Assembly: GCF_963921235.1 (NCBI RefSeq)
Contig: NC_086097.1
Location: 204,354,001 to 204,418,000 of the forward strand
DNA from: Mobula hypostoma
Lineage: Eukaryota
DNA length: 64,000 nt
Reading direction: 5' to 3'
Part shown: piece after piece, positions 10,366-24,250 of the stretch
How positions within the stretch are numbered: position 1 is the first letter of the stretch
Layout: every line of letters starts with the position of its first letter
The notes under the pieces: model-generated
What the model saw: the letters and a program-made list of their open reading frames with translations, nothing else
Database searches by the model: none
Told to the model about the DNA's origin: nothing
Made by a program: the position numbers and the translations under genes

Positions 10366-11946
10366 GCTACCCTGCTCTCATGACTATACCCCTTCCCCAC
10401 ACGAAACCACCACGGTGGGCTTCACTGCTGAACAGGTGAGAAGACAGCTGAAATGTCTCAACCCAAGCAAGGCTGCAGGACCCGATTGTGTTAGTACCAG
10501 AGTGCTCAAAGCCTGTACCCCTCAGCTACGTGGAGTACTTCGCCATGTCTTCAACCTGAGCCTTAGTCTCCAGAGGGTTCCTGTGCTGTGGAAGACATCC
10601 TGCCTTGTCCCTGTGCCAAAGACGCCGCGCCCCCGCGGCCTCAATGTCTACAGACCGGTGGCATTGACCTCCCACATCATGAAGACCCTGAAGAGACTTG
10701 GAGCTGCTCCGGACTATGGTTAGGCCACACTTAGATCCCCTCCTGTTCGCCTACCAGCCCTGACTTGGAGTTGAGGATGCCATCGTTTACCTGCTGAACC
10801 GTGTCTACGCCCACCTGGACAAGCCAGTGAGCATTGTGAGGGTCATGTTTTTTGACTTCTCCAGTGTGTTCAACACCATCCGCCCTGCTCTGCTGGGGGA
10901 GAAGCTGACAGCGATGCAGGTGGATGCTTTCCTGGTGTCATGGATTCTTGATTACCCGACTGGCAGACCACAGTACGTGTGCTTGCAACACTGTGTGTCC
11001 GACAGAGTGATCAGCAGCACTGGGGCTCCACAGAGGACTGTCTTGTCTCCCTTTCTCTTCACCATTTACACCTCGGACTTCAACTACTGCACAGAGTCTT
11101 GTCATCTTCAGAAGTTTTTGGATGACTCTGCCATAGTTGGATGCATCAGCAAGGGAGATGAGGCTGAGTACAGGGCTATGGTAGGAAACTTTGTCACATG
11201 GTGTGAGCAGAATTATCTGCAGCTTAATGTGAAAAAGACTAAGGAGCTGGTGGTAGACCTGAGGAGAGCTAAGGCACCGGTGACCCCTGTTTCCATCCAG
11301 GGGGTCAGTGTGGACATGGTGGAGGATTACAAATACCTGGGGATACAAATTGACAATAAACTGGACTGGTCAAAGAACACTGAGGCTGTCTAGAAGAAGG
11401 GTCAGAGCCGTCTCTATTTCCTGAGGAGACTAAGGTCCTTTAACATCTGTCGGACGATGCTGAGGATGTTCTACGAGTCTGTGGTGGCCAGTGCTATCAT
11501 GTTTGCAGTTGCGTGCTGGGGCAGCAAGCTGAGAGTAGCAGACACCAACAGAATCAACAAACTCATTCGTAAGGCCAGTGATGTTGTGGGGATGGAACTG
11601 GACTCTCTCATGGTGGTGTCTGAAAAGAGGATGCTGTCCAAGTTGCATGCCATCTTGGACAATGTCTCCCATCCGCTACATAATGTACTGGTTGGGCACA
11701 GGAGTACATTCAGCCAGAGACTTATTCCACCGAGACGCAACACTGAGTGTCATAGGAAGTCATTCCTGCCTGTGGCCATCAAACTTTACAACTCCTCCCT
11801 TGGAGGGTCAGATATCCTGAGCCAATAGGCTGGCCCTGGACTTATTTCCTGGCATAATTTACATATTACTATTTAGTTATTTATGGCGCAACTGTCACAA
11901 AAACCAATTTCCCTCGGGATCAATAAAGTATGACTATGACTATGAC
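10366..11946 (+). mobile_element. 5'-truncated Rex1-like LINE inserted in Gypsy RT
   Basis: KAAGPD, YRPVALTS, FFDFSS, GAPQ, KFLDD, YKYLG; tail AATAAAGTA(TGACTA)n; TAAT at both junctions; removal restores Gypsy ICGDYKLTV. Confidence 0.93.
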
Positions 11947-13346
11947 TAATCCCCACATATCCTTACCGTTTTGCCTGCCTGCAAAACTGGAACAATGGGA
12001 ACCGCCCATCTTGAAAACTGGACAGGCTCAATAATGCCCAGCCTCTGTAAACGTTCCAGCTCCTCCTCGATTTTGCCTTTCATGGCATAGGGCACCGACC
12101 TGGGCTTAAAAAAACGTGGTGTAGCCTCAGGGTCGACATGGAGTTTCACTGTCACGCCCTTCAGTGTTCCTAGCTTGTCCCCGAAAACGTCACTGTACCG
12201 CCACAGAATGTCCTCCGTTGTGTGTACATACCTAATTTCATGCCAATTTAGCCGGATTTTGTGAAACCCATCGTGACCCAAAAGACTGGGCCCCCTGCCC
12301 TTAGCTATCACCAGCCTGGCTTCAGCCTTCTGACCCCCAACTGATATGTCCACATATAACACCCCTAATTGAGGTATGGGCTGCTCCATATAGGTCCTAA
12401 GTTTGAGCTTTGACGGTCTGATGGGAGGCAGGTTGGACCCCCATGTCCTCTAGGTCTCCTCACTAATGACCGATGTAGTAGCCCCTGAATGAATCTCAAA
12501 CTTAATGTCCTTTCCTCAGACAGTGACTGTGGCATAATATGGTTCAGGTGGTTCCTCATCTGTTTCCACTGCAAACATGTTGTAGGCACACGCTGCCTCT
12601 CCATCTGCTTCTTCTAGATGGTGTGTGGCTGCCTGAGCCTGTTGAGCTTTCCCCCGCCCAGGCTTAATCTTACCCTTTGAACTTCTTCACTTTTTAGCTA
12701 AATGTCCCTTTTTGTTACAAGCATGACAGACAGTGTCTTTGAATTTGCAATCATTTGCATAGTGCGTCCCTCCACACTGGAAACATTCCACCCGCTTTGC
12801 CTGTTTACCTGTCTCCCTCCTGACTTGGTGCACTGCCGCCGACTGCGACTCCCCATGTCCTTTCTGGATATCCTTGACATTATCAGCAGCCATCTCCATG
12901 CCTTGAGCAATCTCTAAGGCTTTCTTGAAAGTTAACGGTGGGGTTTCCCTAACAGGCGGCGTTGTATGCCGTCATTATTAATGCCACATACCAATCTGTC
13001 ATGGAGCATGTCTTCCAACACCGCTCCGAAATCACAATGCTCCGACAGCTGCCGAAGCTCGGCCACGAAATTGACCACAGACTGACCTGGCTTCCTGAAA
13101 CTTACACCATTGGACTATCACAGAAAGTTTCGGATTGTAGTGGTTCCCCACGAGCTTGACCGGTTCGTCATATGGAATGTCCCCCGGTTTCCGTGGTGTG
13201 GCTAAATTCCTTATTAGCTTGTAAGTCTTCGCCCCACACACACTCAGGAGAATAGAGCGCTTCTTAGCCTTCTCAGTAATTCCATTAGCACAGAAAAAGT
13301 GTCCCAACCTTGCCTCACACTCTGGCCAGTCCTCCATTGCCTCCAC
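11947..13346 (-). pseudogene. Gypsy gag, protease and RT N-terminus remnant
   Basis: Gag with two zinc knuckles (CFQCGGTHYANDC, CHACNKKGHLAKK), GPSLLG protease C-terminal motif, PRFFKPRSVPY, WAVPIVPV, VRICGD. Confidence 0.9.
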
Positions 13347-13462
13347 AAAATCACCGATAGTCTCAAACGCAGCCGTTTGAATGTGAGGCCCTTATCGGCG
13401 CCGCCGCTTCTGTTCGAAATGCGCCGACACGTCCACGAAACCAGTTTAACTTGTTGCCAAAA

Positions 13463-13691
13463 ATATGTGAAAACTTCTACTTTGAAAATGGCACACTCCA
13501 CAACTTCATGCCCAAAGAAACAACTTTATCTCGAACGTCAAAACTGTTATGTATATACAGAGGCTTTCACAACCCGTATGGCATTGCAGGACACTATATA
13601 CAGAGCACCGGAAGTAAAAAGAATGGAAGTAGAACCCCCCCATTATCCTAATTAGTATTAACTTACTTTTAATAATGCTCACATTACAACA
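13463..13691 (-). repeat. Gypsy 5' LTR
   Basis: Direct repeat of 7426-7653 with about 11 substitutions in the alignable core (by eye); adjacent to PBS. Confidence 0.9.
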
Positions 13692-13900
13692 GGTCCAGGT
13701 CACTTCTCAGGCAGGAGTTGAGATGTTCCATCACTAACTTCTCAAAGCACTTCATCACAGTGGATGTAAGCGCAGCTGGATGATAGTCTTCGAGGTCGGT
13801 TACCATGTTTGCCTTAGGCACTGGTATAATTGAAGGCTGCCTGAAGCAAGTGGATACCCCAGACTGCTGAAGTGTGAAGTTAAAGGCAACGTTGATTGCA
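13692..13900 (-). mobile_element. Upstream continuation of host Rex1/Babar-like LINE
   Basis: SIIPVPK...DYHPAALTSTVMKCFEKLV...DLD; joins 7425 when the Gypsy is removed. Confidence 0.85.
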
Positions 13901-14424
13901 TTAACAACCACCACGTCTGAAGGGATGCTGGGAGCAGCCTTCAAATGTTGCCACACTCTCTAACACTAACATAGCATGCCCAGAATACTTGGCAGAGTAA
14001 CATGGAACATAACAAAGCAGAACTCAACAAGCAGCAAAACAACAACTGCACAACAAGCCCTGCTCCTCCCTCCCACCCACTATGCATGCACACAAGTTAA
14101 ATCCTCAACTAGTGTCACCTGGAAAGATAGGGACAGATGTTGTTGGACACTTCAATGCCTGCAGTATGAAACCTTGAGTCCAGGATATTCTCATTTTGAA
14201 ATGCATTTTTGATTTCTGTCCAATAACAGCAATGTTGAAGCTCACTCAACACTCCTGCTGCAGTCTGTTGGCGAGACAGCCCTTGGATCTGTCAATGACA
14301 GTGAGGGATTATCCATAAATGTCCATCTCTCAGCAATGTATGCTTCCTGTTGGTGATAAGAAGAAATGAGGAATCTAAATTTCTGCACTGTATTTTAGCT
14401 GTCAGCCTAGCCCTATTTCAGTGC

Positions 14425-14645
14425 GAGGTACGTAGGTTCAGTGCCGCCACCAACTGTGGGGAGTTTGTACGTTGTCCCCATGACGTGTGGGTCTTCCCCA
14501 GGTTCTCCAGTTTCCTCACACGTTCCAAAGACGTATGGGTTAGTAGGATACTTGGTCACATGGGTGTAATGGGGGGGGGCATGGTCTTGTTCAGCTGGAA
14601 GGTCCAGTTACCATGCTGTATCTCTAAACAAACAAATAAATAAAT
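14425..14645 (+). mobile_element. V-SINE (HE1-like) remnant
   Basis: V-domain-like GGAGTTTGTACGTTGTCCCCATGACGTGTGGGTC...CTCCAGTTTCCTCACAC and (TAAA)n-like tail. Confidence 0.7.
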
Positions 14646-16334
14646 TCTAGTTCCATACTGTTACCATTCGTCTTCACGCCAAATTCTGTGCAAATCGTGA
14701 AAAACCAAGCTATTGCATTTTTCAAGACCCAAGCCACACAATTGCTGAATCTTGTACATTGCTCTAGTAGGAGCTATTTCTGTGCCTTTAATTGCTCCAC
14801 TACTTCTACTGGTTGTGACGATATATTGGAGAAGGTTGCAGGTGGGCGTAAAGGATAACAGTCTGACTTTGGGACTTGATGACTTAGCTATGGAAAATAG
14901 TGTCTTGCCAAGAATGGCAATGTCTCAGCCAGCTTGGTCAGAGGCAGGTGTGAGGTTACAGTTGGACGGTGAGTGCAGGAAATCTGAATGTTTATCATTA
15001 ATGCAGAGGATCAGAGGATAGTAGATTCATATTCCATGGGTCTGCCGTACTTCACAGGTGCAGGTCATCACCATTCCTCGAAAATCTGTTAAAGACTATC
15101 TCTGCTTTAAGAGGCACAAGCATGATGTGAATTACTTTTAGCTAGTGAATGCAACTTTGGAAATTACTTGGTGTTAACACTGCTAATGAGAAGTATTGTG
15201 ACTGGTGTTGCTAAAATGGTCAAGTCCTTGTATGTACAGTGTGCATTAAAATCATCAACGCAAACTGTCAAACTCTCCCACTTCCTGCCCATACCTGATG
15301 CATTTCTGCTTTAGTACATGTCTTAATGTGTAAATGAATTTCTGTGTCAAAGTTGTGAGAAATTTGTTCTCTGGTGTCAAAGGAATCATAAAAGCATTTA
15401 TTTTAATGGTCTCCATAAGATTTGATTTGGCTAATTACACAACATTCTTAGTTTCATATATTTCCAGATGAAAATACAATTATTAAGCAATGTTGATAAA
15501 AATTTAATTACTTTAATGTTTGTGACAGGGATAAGAAATTTGTGATTATGAATTTCAAATGATGGCACAATGCAACTAGGCACACAGGGAGGTATCTAAG
15601 TGGAAAATGGATGAAATGTGAAATCAGTCAATAAGAATCTATTACATCAACTCAAAATCCCTTTCCCATTGGAAAGGGGAAAAAAAGAAGATGAAATATT
15701 TTGTTTTTAATCAAGTTACAACAACATTTTAAGATCCAGAAATTAACCTATAAACATTACGAAAGATTGATTAGAAATATGAGTGTATGTGAAAACAGCA
15801 AAGGAAGAATAGATTGCCTTTAGGGAAAGTTTAACAAATTATTTTCTATCCCCTATTGAGAGTTAAGAGAATAATTATAAGGTGATTAACTAAAAAGCTA
15901 ACAGGAGAAAAAATCTAAAATGAAATAGATTTTTTGGAACAAATTCACATAAAAACTGAAGAGCTACTAACAAGCAAATTAAAGATAAATAGAAATAGAA
16001 ATAGAAAAAACTGACTTGCAAGCAACCCCAGTTAATTTATTAGTTCTGCATCTGGGAGATAGAGTATTGAAAAGCAAAACACATACAGTATTAAGATATG
16101 AGTTGGATGGTGGATGAGCAGTTAGCTTCATTAAAGTTAATACCAGATAAATAGTAGAACTATTTCAAACCGTTGTAAGATTACCTAATTATAACAGTAA
16201 TATATGAGTAATTTGCTATATAAAATGCAGACTGTAAGTAAATGAACCAACGGCAATTTTATGTTCAATAATATGCTAAATTCAAGGAATAACTGCTGAG
16301 AACTTCAACTGCTGTTTAAAACACACCTCTCTTT

Positions 16335-16685
16335 ACACTGGTGACACAGCCGTGGAACTGCAAGCAGTTTCAGAATCCTGGGAGTGCACATCACACACAA
16401 CCTCTCATGGTCCCAGAACACATCCTACACCATCAGGAAAGTTCACCAACTCCTCTACTTTCTGAGAAGACTGAAAAGTAGGCACCTCCTGTCTGTCATT
16501 AAGTGTCACTTTATGATCATACAATCCAGCTATTTATAAGCTATGTTATGTATCTATATTTACTGTTTTTTTTTATTATTGTGTGTTCTTTTTTGTTCTG
16601 CATTAGATCCAGAGTAGCAATTTTATTTCGTTCTTCTCTACACTTGTGTAATGTAAATGCCATTAAACCGTCTTGAATCTTGAAA
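16335..16685 (+). mobile_element. Old Rex1/Babar-like LINE 3' fragment
   Basis: FRILGVHITHNLSW...LYFLRRL-like sequence and ATTAAA...TCTTGAATCTTGAA tail. Confidence 0.6.
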
Positions 16686-17814
16686 CACTGAGGAGATAAT
16701 TGTGACTGTAACTTGGTCAAAGAGATTGATTTCAAGGCCAGTTTTCAAAACTCAGGTAACTTTGATCATTTTTGACATCATCTGAATCCAATGCAGCTGA
16801 ATGTCTGCCTTTGGGAGAACTTTGCACCCTATTGAATTCAATGGAATAAAAATTATAGGTTTTATCAAGGAGGAGGCAATGTGCTCACCCAAATTGCGTT
16901 CCAGATTGGTAATACATAAAGCTACTTGCACATCTTATTTTTAAAGAATTACCCATCTACACTTATTTTTCTAGAATATTCTTTCAAATAATAAGGGATG
17001 AATGTTATACCTTCATTATTAACACATTTTTATTAATCATTTTCTGTAGGAAAGAGGTAAAAAAAATATCTCGCATTGAACTATGTTACATCAAACAAGG
17101 TTCTGAGATGCTGGATGATTAAAGTGTTAATTAGAAATCTTTGATGTTATTTAGCTGATGATTACACTGCTTATAAAATAGGTAATTTGTGAGTCAATGC
17201 TGGTAATGAACAAGGGATTAACTTTGTTCTGATCATCCTAGGTTGCATATTCTAATTATAGTGGTACAGTATTGTATCAATTGCACTCTCCTGAAATTCA
17301 TTCCTGTGTCTTCAGTCAATTCAATTTTGGAACTGGAGTAAAATTCACATATTCTCTCACAAGTAACCAATTGCACATTTTTACTCCTCTGTTTTTGAGT
17401 TTACACTATATTATTTTAACTATGTGAGTATGATCTCAATTGTAGGAGAATATGTTCATTCAGCCTTGTCCAAACAGCTTAGCACTGTCTAAAAAGCCTA
17501 ATAACATATATCTGGATTCGTATCCTAAGTTTCCTCTGTCATCCATTTCAATGAAGCCATAGAGATGCAACTAAAAAGAGTCAAAGGATTCAGTTCAAGT
17601 GGCAAAGGGATTCTTGTGCTCTTATGGATTACCCTATCAAGTGGTCAGATATTGAAAGTAAGGATATATTCTGAAAATGTGAAATACATGTAGTATTGAT
17701 AGGAATGACATTGAACTGAATCCAAATTACTTTTTTAAGACAGGTTTTAAAATTATAACAAGATTTTAGGGAAAAAATATTTTACTCTGTGATTTTCATT
17801 TCTCCTTTTATATA

Positions 17815-18686
17815 CTTCAGAAGTTTTCTGATGACTCTGCCATAGTTGGATGCATCAGCAAGGGAGATGAGGCTGAGTACAGGGCTACGGTAGGAAACTT
17901 TGTCACATGGTGTGAGCAGAATTATCTGCAGCTTGATGTGAAAAAGACTAAGGAGCTGATGGTAGACCTGAGGAGAGCTAAGGTACCGGTGACCCCTGTT
18001 TCCATCCAGGGGGTCAGTGTGGACATGGTGGAGGATTACAAATACCTGGGGATACGAATTGACAATTAACTGGACTGGTCAAAGAACACTGAGGCTGTCT
18101 CCAAGAAGGGCCAGAGCCGTCTCTATTTCCTGAGGAGACTGAGGTCCTTTAACATCTACCGGCCGATGCTGAGGATGTTCTACGAGTCTGTGGTGGCCAG
18201 TGCTATTATGTTTGCTGTTGTGTGCTGGGGCAGCAGGCTGAGGGTAACAGACACCAACAGAATCAACAAACTCATTCGTAAGGCCAGTGATGTTGTGGGG
18301 ATGGAACTGGACTCTCTTATGGTGGTGTCTGAAAAGAGGATGCTGTCCAAGTTGCATGCCATCTTGGTCAATGTCTCCCATCCACTACATAATGTACTGG
18401 TTGGGCACAGGAGTACATTCAGCCAGAGACTCATCCCACTGAGATGTAGCACAGAGTGTCATAGGAAGTCATTCCTGCCTGTGGCCATCAAACTTTACAA
18501 CTCCTCCCTTGGAGGGTCAGACATCCTGAGGATGGTCCTGGACTTATTTCATAATTTACTGGCATGATTTACATATTACTAAATAACTATTTATGGTTCT
18601 AGTACTAGTTATTATTTAAGGAGCAACTGTAACGAAAACCAATTTCCCCCGGGATTAATAAAGTAAGACTATGACTATGACTATGA
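17815..18686 (+). mobile_element. Rex1-like LINE 3' fragment, same family as 10366-11946
   Basis: Near-identical to ~11107-11946; (GACTAT)n tail. Confidence 0.93.
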
Positions 18687-19889
18687 TTACATTAAATTTT
18701 CTCTGTTACTGGGAGAACAGAATGGGTTGGATAATAGAATTTGAAATAAAAACGTCCATAACACTGTCTTGGTAATCTGGAGGTGCAGCTGGTGTACAGT
18801 TGTTAATAATAAACAGCCCCAGGAGATAATCATATAAGTTACCTCAGCTGGAATCAAAGGTAACTTAAGTTTATATTGAAGTTCAGAGAGGTAGAGTTGA
18901 ACAGGTAATCTTCTTGCTGTTTCACTACTAATTTTCAAGAACCTCATTCAAAAATCTGAAATCTGAATGAGCTGTCAAAAAATCCCCAGAAAAATTCGCA
19001 GAAAACATTTTAATCTGTAGAACAGGGTGGTATCAGGAGTTGTATAAAGGTATAACAACAATGGGCAGATTGTCAGTGCTGGTGACTCATGCGAACAGGT
19101 GCTTGAAGCTGATGAGGGGAGACTAGTCCATTTTGAGAGCTGGACCTCATTGACCTAAAAGCAGCAGATGATTTGCAGCAAACAAGGTTCATAGCTCTGT
19201 CTCTTCTCATACAAGGAAGATAGGGTGCTAAAGAAAGGCACAGTATGCTTGCTTTCATCAGTTGGGTAAAAGCACTAGAACTATTTTATTTACAGATTTA
19301 CAGAATAGCTTCAGCTTGACCACATTTTACTCGGACACCCTAGCCCACCCAGACCGTGTGTCACTTCGGTTCCGAGTGAGTTGCCCACATTTCACACTGG
19401 AATTTGAAATTCTTTATTATGTACACACATTATAACACAGCTGGCACAAACATTGTGGGCTGAAAGGCCTGTTTTTATAATGTACTGTGCTATGTTCAAC
19501 AATCAGAGAACTTAGCCAGTCTCTGTTCTCAGGTAAAAGTTGTTGAACTTTGTCTGTACTCAGGATAGAAACTAGTGGGTAATAATGCAGGTTAATTTTT
19601 TTTTGTCAGAAGCACTTCTTCAAGTTCTTTTATGCTGGCCTTCTGGTTGATGCTGGATGGTTTGTGGACAGGGATCCCAGTGCTCAGTTGGATCAAATAG
19701 GATTAGGATCTAATTTATATAAGAAACCATACATTAGTTAATTTCAGGCAATTCCTAGGTTTCCAATTATTATTGTTTTCTCATTATCTGTTCCAAGACC
19801 CCGTTTATCTGCTTGTTGCTTGTCCTATTCCAAAACTTCAGTACCTGAAGACAGACAACATAGGCCATCTTTGGGGGTTCAGATGTTTT

Positions 19890-20950
19890 CCTGTCATGAG
19901 TAAGAGCCTGTGGTATCACAGGACAGATAGCAGCATGGACACAAGCCTGGCTGACTGGAAGAAGCCAAAGAGTGGGAATAAAGGAAGCCTTCTCCGGTTA
20001 ACTGCTGGTGATTAGTGACAATCTACAGTGACCAGTGTTGGGTCTGCATTTGTATTAATGAGCTAGATGATGGAATTGATGGTGTTGTGGCCAATTTTGC
20101 GGATGATACAAAGATATGTGGAGGGGCAGGTAGTGTTGAGAAAGAAGGGACCCTGGATAGGTCTTGGATAGATTAGCAGAATGGGCAAAGAAGTGACAGA
20201 TGGAATATTGTGTAGGGAAGTGCTTGGTTATGCAATTTGGTAGAAGAAATAAAGACAAAAACTTTTTAAAATGGGGAGTGAGTTCAGAAATCGGAGGGGC
20301 AAAGGAGCTTGGGATTCCCTAAAGGTTAACTTGCAGGTTGATTTTGTATTAAGGAAGGCAAATGCAATGTTAGCATTCATTTTGAAAGGACTAGAATATA
20401 ATATCAAGGATGTAAATCTGAGGCTCTGTAAGGCATTAGACAGACCACATTTGGAGTATTGTGAGCAGTTTTGGGCCCTTTATCTAAGAAAGGACATGTT
20501 GGCCTTAGTGAGAGTCTAAAGGAGGTTCACAAGAATGATCCTAGGCATGAAAGGGTTAACTTATGAGGAGCATTTGATGGCTCTGTGCTTGTACTCACTG
20601 CAGTTTAGAAAAATGAGGGAGGACCTCATTGAAACTTATCCAATATTGAAAGGACTAGATAGAGTGGATGTGGAGAGGATATTTCCTATAGAGGGGAAAT
20701 CCAGGACCAGAGGGCACAGCTTCAGAACTAGAAGGTCGACCGTTTAGAACAGAGATGAAGAGGAATTTCTTTAGCCGCAGAGTAGTGAATCTGTGAAATT
20801 TGTTGCCACAGAGAGCTAAGGAGGCCAAGTTATTGTGTATATTTAAAGCGGAGTTTCATAGGTTCTTGATTAGTAAAGGTGTCAAAGGTTACAGGGAGAA
20901 GACAGAATAAGGTTGAGAGAGGAAAATAAATCAGCCATGATCCTTATGGA
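19890..20950 (+). mobile_element. Decayed CR1 3' fragment
   Basis: NFADDTK, KANAMLAFI, RPHLEYC, SRTRGHS remnants. Confidence 0.85.
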
Positions 20951-21249
20951 ATAATGAAGTACAAAACCCGAACATAATCTGCTACCAGTTGCCACCAACA
21001 TGGTCCTAACAGAACCTGGATTGTGTGCATCATATGACAGGAATTTGCTGGAACTTCTGTTAAACTTAGGGCATTAAGCACTGATCCCAATGCCCTTTAA
21101 AGCACTCAAATGGACTAATTACTTAGGAGGCTTGTAGTTGAAATTTAACCAAAATTACTTATAACATAACATAGTTCTCTACTACCACTCAAAACATTTT
21201 CCTCAAGGCTTTTAGTCCTTGCAGATTATTGTTATGCAGAGGAATGTGG

Positions 21250-21900
21250 GAGTATTGGTGCATGAATCACAAATGGCTGGTTTGAAAGTGTAATAGACTA
21301 TCAAAAAGGCAAATGGAATGTTGGATTCCATTGCTAGAGGGAGTGTATTTAAGAGCAGGGAGATTATGCTGCTGCTGTGTAGGGTACTGGTGAGGCCACA
21401 CTGCAGTTTGGTCTACTTACCTGGGGAAAGAAAATACTGTGGTGGATCGCCAGGCTGATTCTGGAGTTGAAGGGGTGAGCCTATGAAGAGGCATTGTGTT
21501 GCCTGGGACGAAACTCACCGGAATTCTGAAGAATGACAGGGGATCTTACAAAAATATATATGAAAGGGATAGATAAGATAGATGCAAGAAAGGCTTTTCC
21601 ATTTATAGCTAAGAGTAGAACCAGGGCACCAAGAGTTGGAGGAGTTGATTTAGGATGGAGTTGAGGAGGAACTACTTTTCCTACAGAGAGGTGATATGTG
21701 GGATTCTCCACCCAAAGGAGCTATGGAGGCTACCTTAGTAAATACATTTAAAGGCACAGATAGATTTTTATGTTGCAGGAGAATTAAGGGTTATGTGGAA
21801 AATGCAGGTTGGTGGAATTGAATCCATGACCAGATCAGGCATGATCTTATTGAATGGCAAAGCATCTTCGACAGACATGTGGTCTACTCCTACTCCAGGA
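21250..21900 (+). mobile_element. Decayed CR1 3' fragment
   Basis: KKANGMLD, LVRPH remnants and CR1-type 3' UTR. Confidence 0.75.
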
Positions 21901-22679
21901 GCAGATCATAATCAATAACTGCACTTAAAATGAGAAAAAATATTTTAAATATTGTATACGATACTTCCAAAATGATAACCTTTCAAATCATGATTCAGAA
22001 CAGACACATGACAATTAATAGCAATCATTTTTAGTTTGCAGAATAGAAATGAAAGCAGATCTGAGTAGAGAAAACTCCTTAACTGTCTTTTGAAAGATGA
22101 ACAAAGATGAAGCCCTCATTTTCTAGAAGGTAGAAAGTAGATTTGTCAATGCTCATAGTTTTCTGATAACTTAGAAAAAATAATATTTAATTGAGGTTAA
22201 ATGGGATTTTTATGTATTTGTCATTGTTTATAGTTCAGGGAATAACCCGCTCTGTCTTCTGTAAATTATGGAGATTAGTATGAGTGTAGAATAATTGAAT
22301 TTTAATTTCTGGATGCAAATTATATTTTCTGAATGCTGTTAATTGTTTTATGTTTTTCTAATAAAATGCAAAATTATATCCCATTCTGTGCAGAGAATTC
22401 AAACCACTTTTTATTGTAGGCAGGAACTCGAAAAAGCATTGTTCATTGCCACGTCTGCAGCTCAAAAAGTATTCAATAATTATTATCTCCTACTCTCAAA
22501 CACTAAAAATTAATTGCATATAACTGGTTTCAGATGAACAGATGTCTTAAAAACTTACAGATTTATGAACAAATTCTATGGAGGTAGATTTTAGCTACTG
22601 CTGGTGGAGTTGCAGACTGATAAAACTGAGCAGATCTTCATTTAAAGAAGGACTGTGACTTGAATGAGGATGCGCCAAC

Positions 22680-24250
22680 TATTTTTCTCCAGCAAATGGT
22701 GGGTAGTTGCTGGGGCAGGATATGAGGGGGGAGTGCAAGCACGTTTAGAAGGCTGCTGGTGATTTCAGTATCATTTCACGCAGGGCTGCTACAATAATAA
22801 TTGAGGAGGCTTCTAAAATATTAGTTATTTCAATATTCCCTGTGAAGTACTTCTGAATGCTAAGGAGCCATGACCTTTATAGCTGCAATATCAGCACCAG
22901 CTTATCTTCAATTGTGAAGTTGTGAAAGTAAAGCAGATTAAAATGGTCATTAATTAACTATATTCCAGAACAGTTTTGTTGTTTTGATCTTTCAGTTAAC
23001 AAAAGTGACAGATCCTCAGTAGTGTACCTTAAGGATCATGGGGATCGAGAATACTGATGTCTGGATAATATTCAAAGCTCAAAGTTCATTTACTCAATGT
23101 AATTTTATTGTCAAAGTACGTAGTGTATATGTCACAATATATTGCTCTGAGATTCATTTCCTTGCTGTATCACAGTAGAACAAAGAAATAGAATAGAATC
23201 AATCTAACACTGCACATAAAGACTGGCAAGAAACCAAAGTGCAAAAGGAAACAAATGATAGATAGGTAGATAGATAGATAATCAATCCTGAGAACCTGGT
23301 GATGTGGGACCTAAGGCTTCTGTACCTCCTTGATGGCAGCAGGGAGAAAAGAGAAGGGCCTGGAAGATGGGGTTCATTGATGATGGATGCTGCTTTCTTG
23401 TGGCAGTGCTCCTGTAGATGTTCTCAGTGCTGGGGAGGGCTTTCCTGTGATAGACTAGCTGCATACATTATTTTTCATAGGCTTTTCCATTCTTCAGTAT
23501 TGGTGTTTCCACACAAGGCCATAATATAACCAGTTAGGATTCTCTCCGTTGTGCTTCGATAGAAGTTGGCAAAGTAACACACACAAGCTTCTGCATTGTG
23601 CATTTATAAACGTTTTAGATGACATGCTGAATCTGAACAAACTTCTAAGAAAGTGGAGGCACTGGCATGCCTTCTTTGTAATGGAACTTCCATGATGGTC
23701 TCAGGACAAGTCCTCAGAAATGATAACACTAAGGAATTTAAACTTACTGATCCTTTTCACCTTCAATCCTCTGATGAGGGCTAGCTCATGGACCTCTGGT
23801 TTCCTCCTCTCGTAGTTGATAATCATCTCTTTGATTTTGCCGATGTTGAGTGAGAGGTTATTGTTGTGGCACCAGTTGGGACAGACTTTCAGTCTCCCTC
23901 CTGTATGCAGCAGGCCACACAGCATCTATGGAGAACAATAAGGAGCCGACATCAAGACGGTGTGTATTATTCTTGAATTTATCTTTCTACAGCAAATGGG
24001 CAAGGGCTCCTTACAATAATAATTAGGGAGGCTTCTATAACATTAGTCATTTCAATCCTCCTCATGAAGTGCTTCTGAATCCTAAAGAGCCAGGACCTCT
24101 GGATTTGGAAATTCAGAGTAAGCCTAAATTGAGTTGTAAAGTTGTAAAGGTAGAATAGTTTAATAATGCTTATTAAATATTCCAAGGCAAAAATTATGTT
24201 GTTTTGATGTCACAGCTGATGGAAATGCCTGTTCCTCAGCAGAGTAGACC
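22680..24250. repeat. Diverged local duplication: ~22680-23045 and ~23983-24250
   Basis: Shared colinear blocks CAGCAAATGG, TACAATAATAATT, GGAGGCTTCTA, CTTCTGAAT, AAGTTGT, TGTTGTTTTGAT, TCCTCAG. Confidence 0.75.
23070..23905 (-). mobile_element. Decayed Rex1/Babar-like LINE 3' fragment with (TAGA)n
   Basis: WCHNNNLSLNIGKIKEMII...FKFLSVIISEDLS; similar to 5575-7425. Confidence 0.78.

Larger units (their letters stand above)
7426..13691 (-). mobile_element. Full-length decayed Ty3/Gypsy LTR retrotransposon (Mag-like)
   Basis: Two ~228-bp LTRs, PBS-like TGGCAACAAG (~13459-13450), PPT AGGGGGAGAAG (7664-7654), TSD GATCC/GGTCC, gag-PR-RT-RNaseH-IN domain order. Confidence 0.95.
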
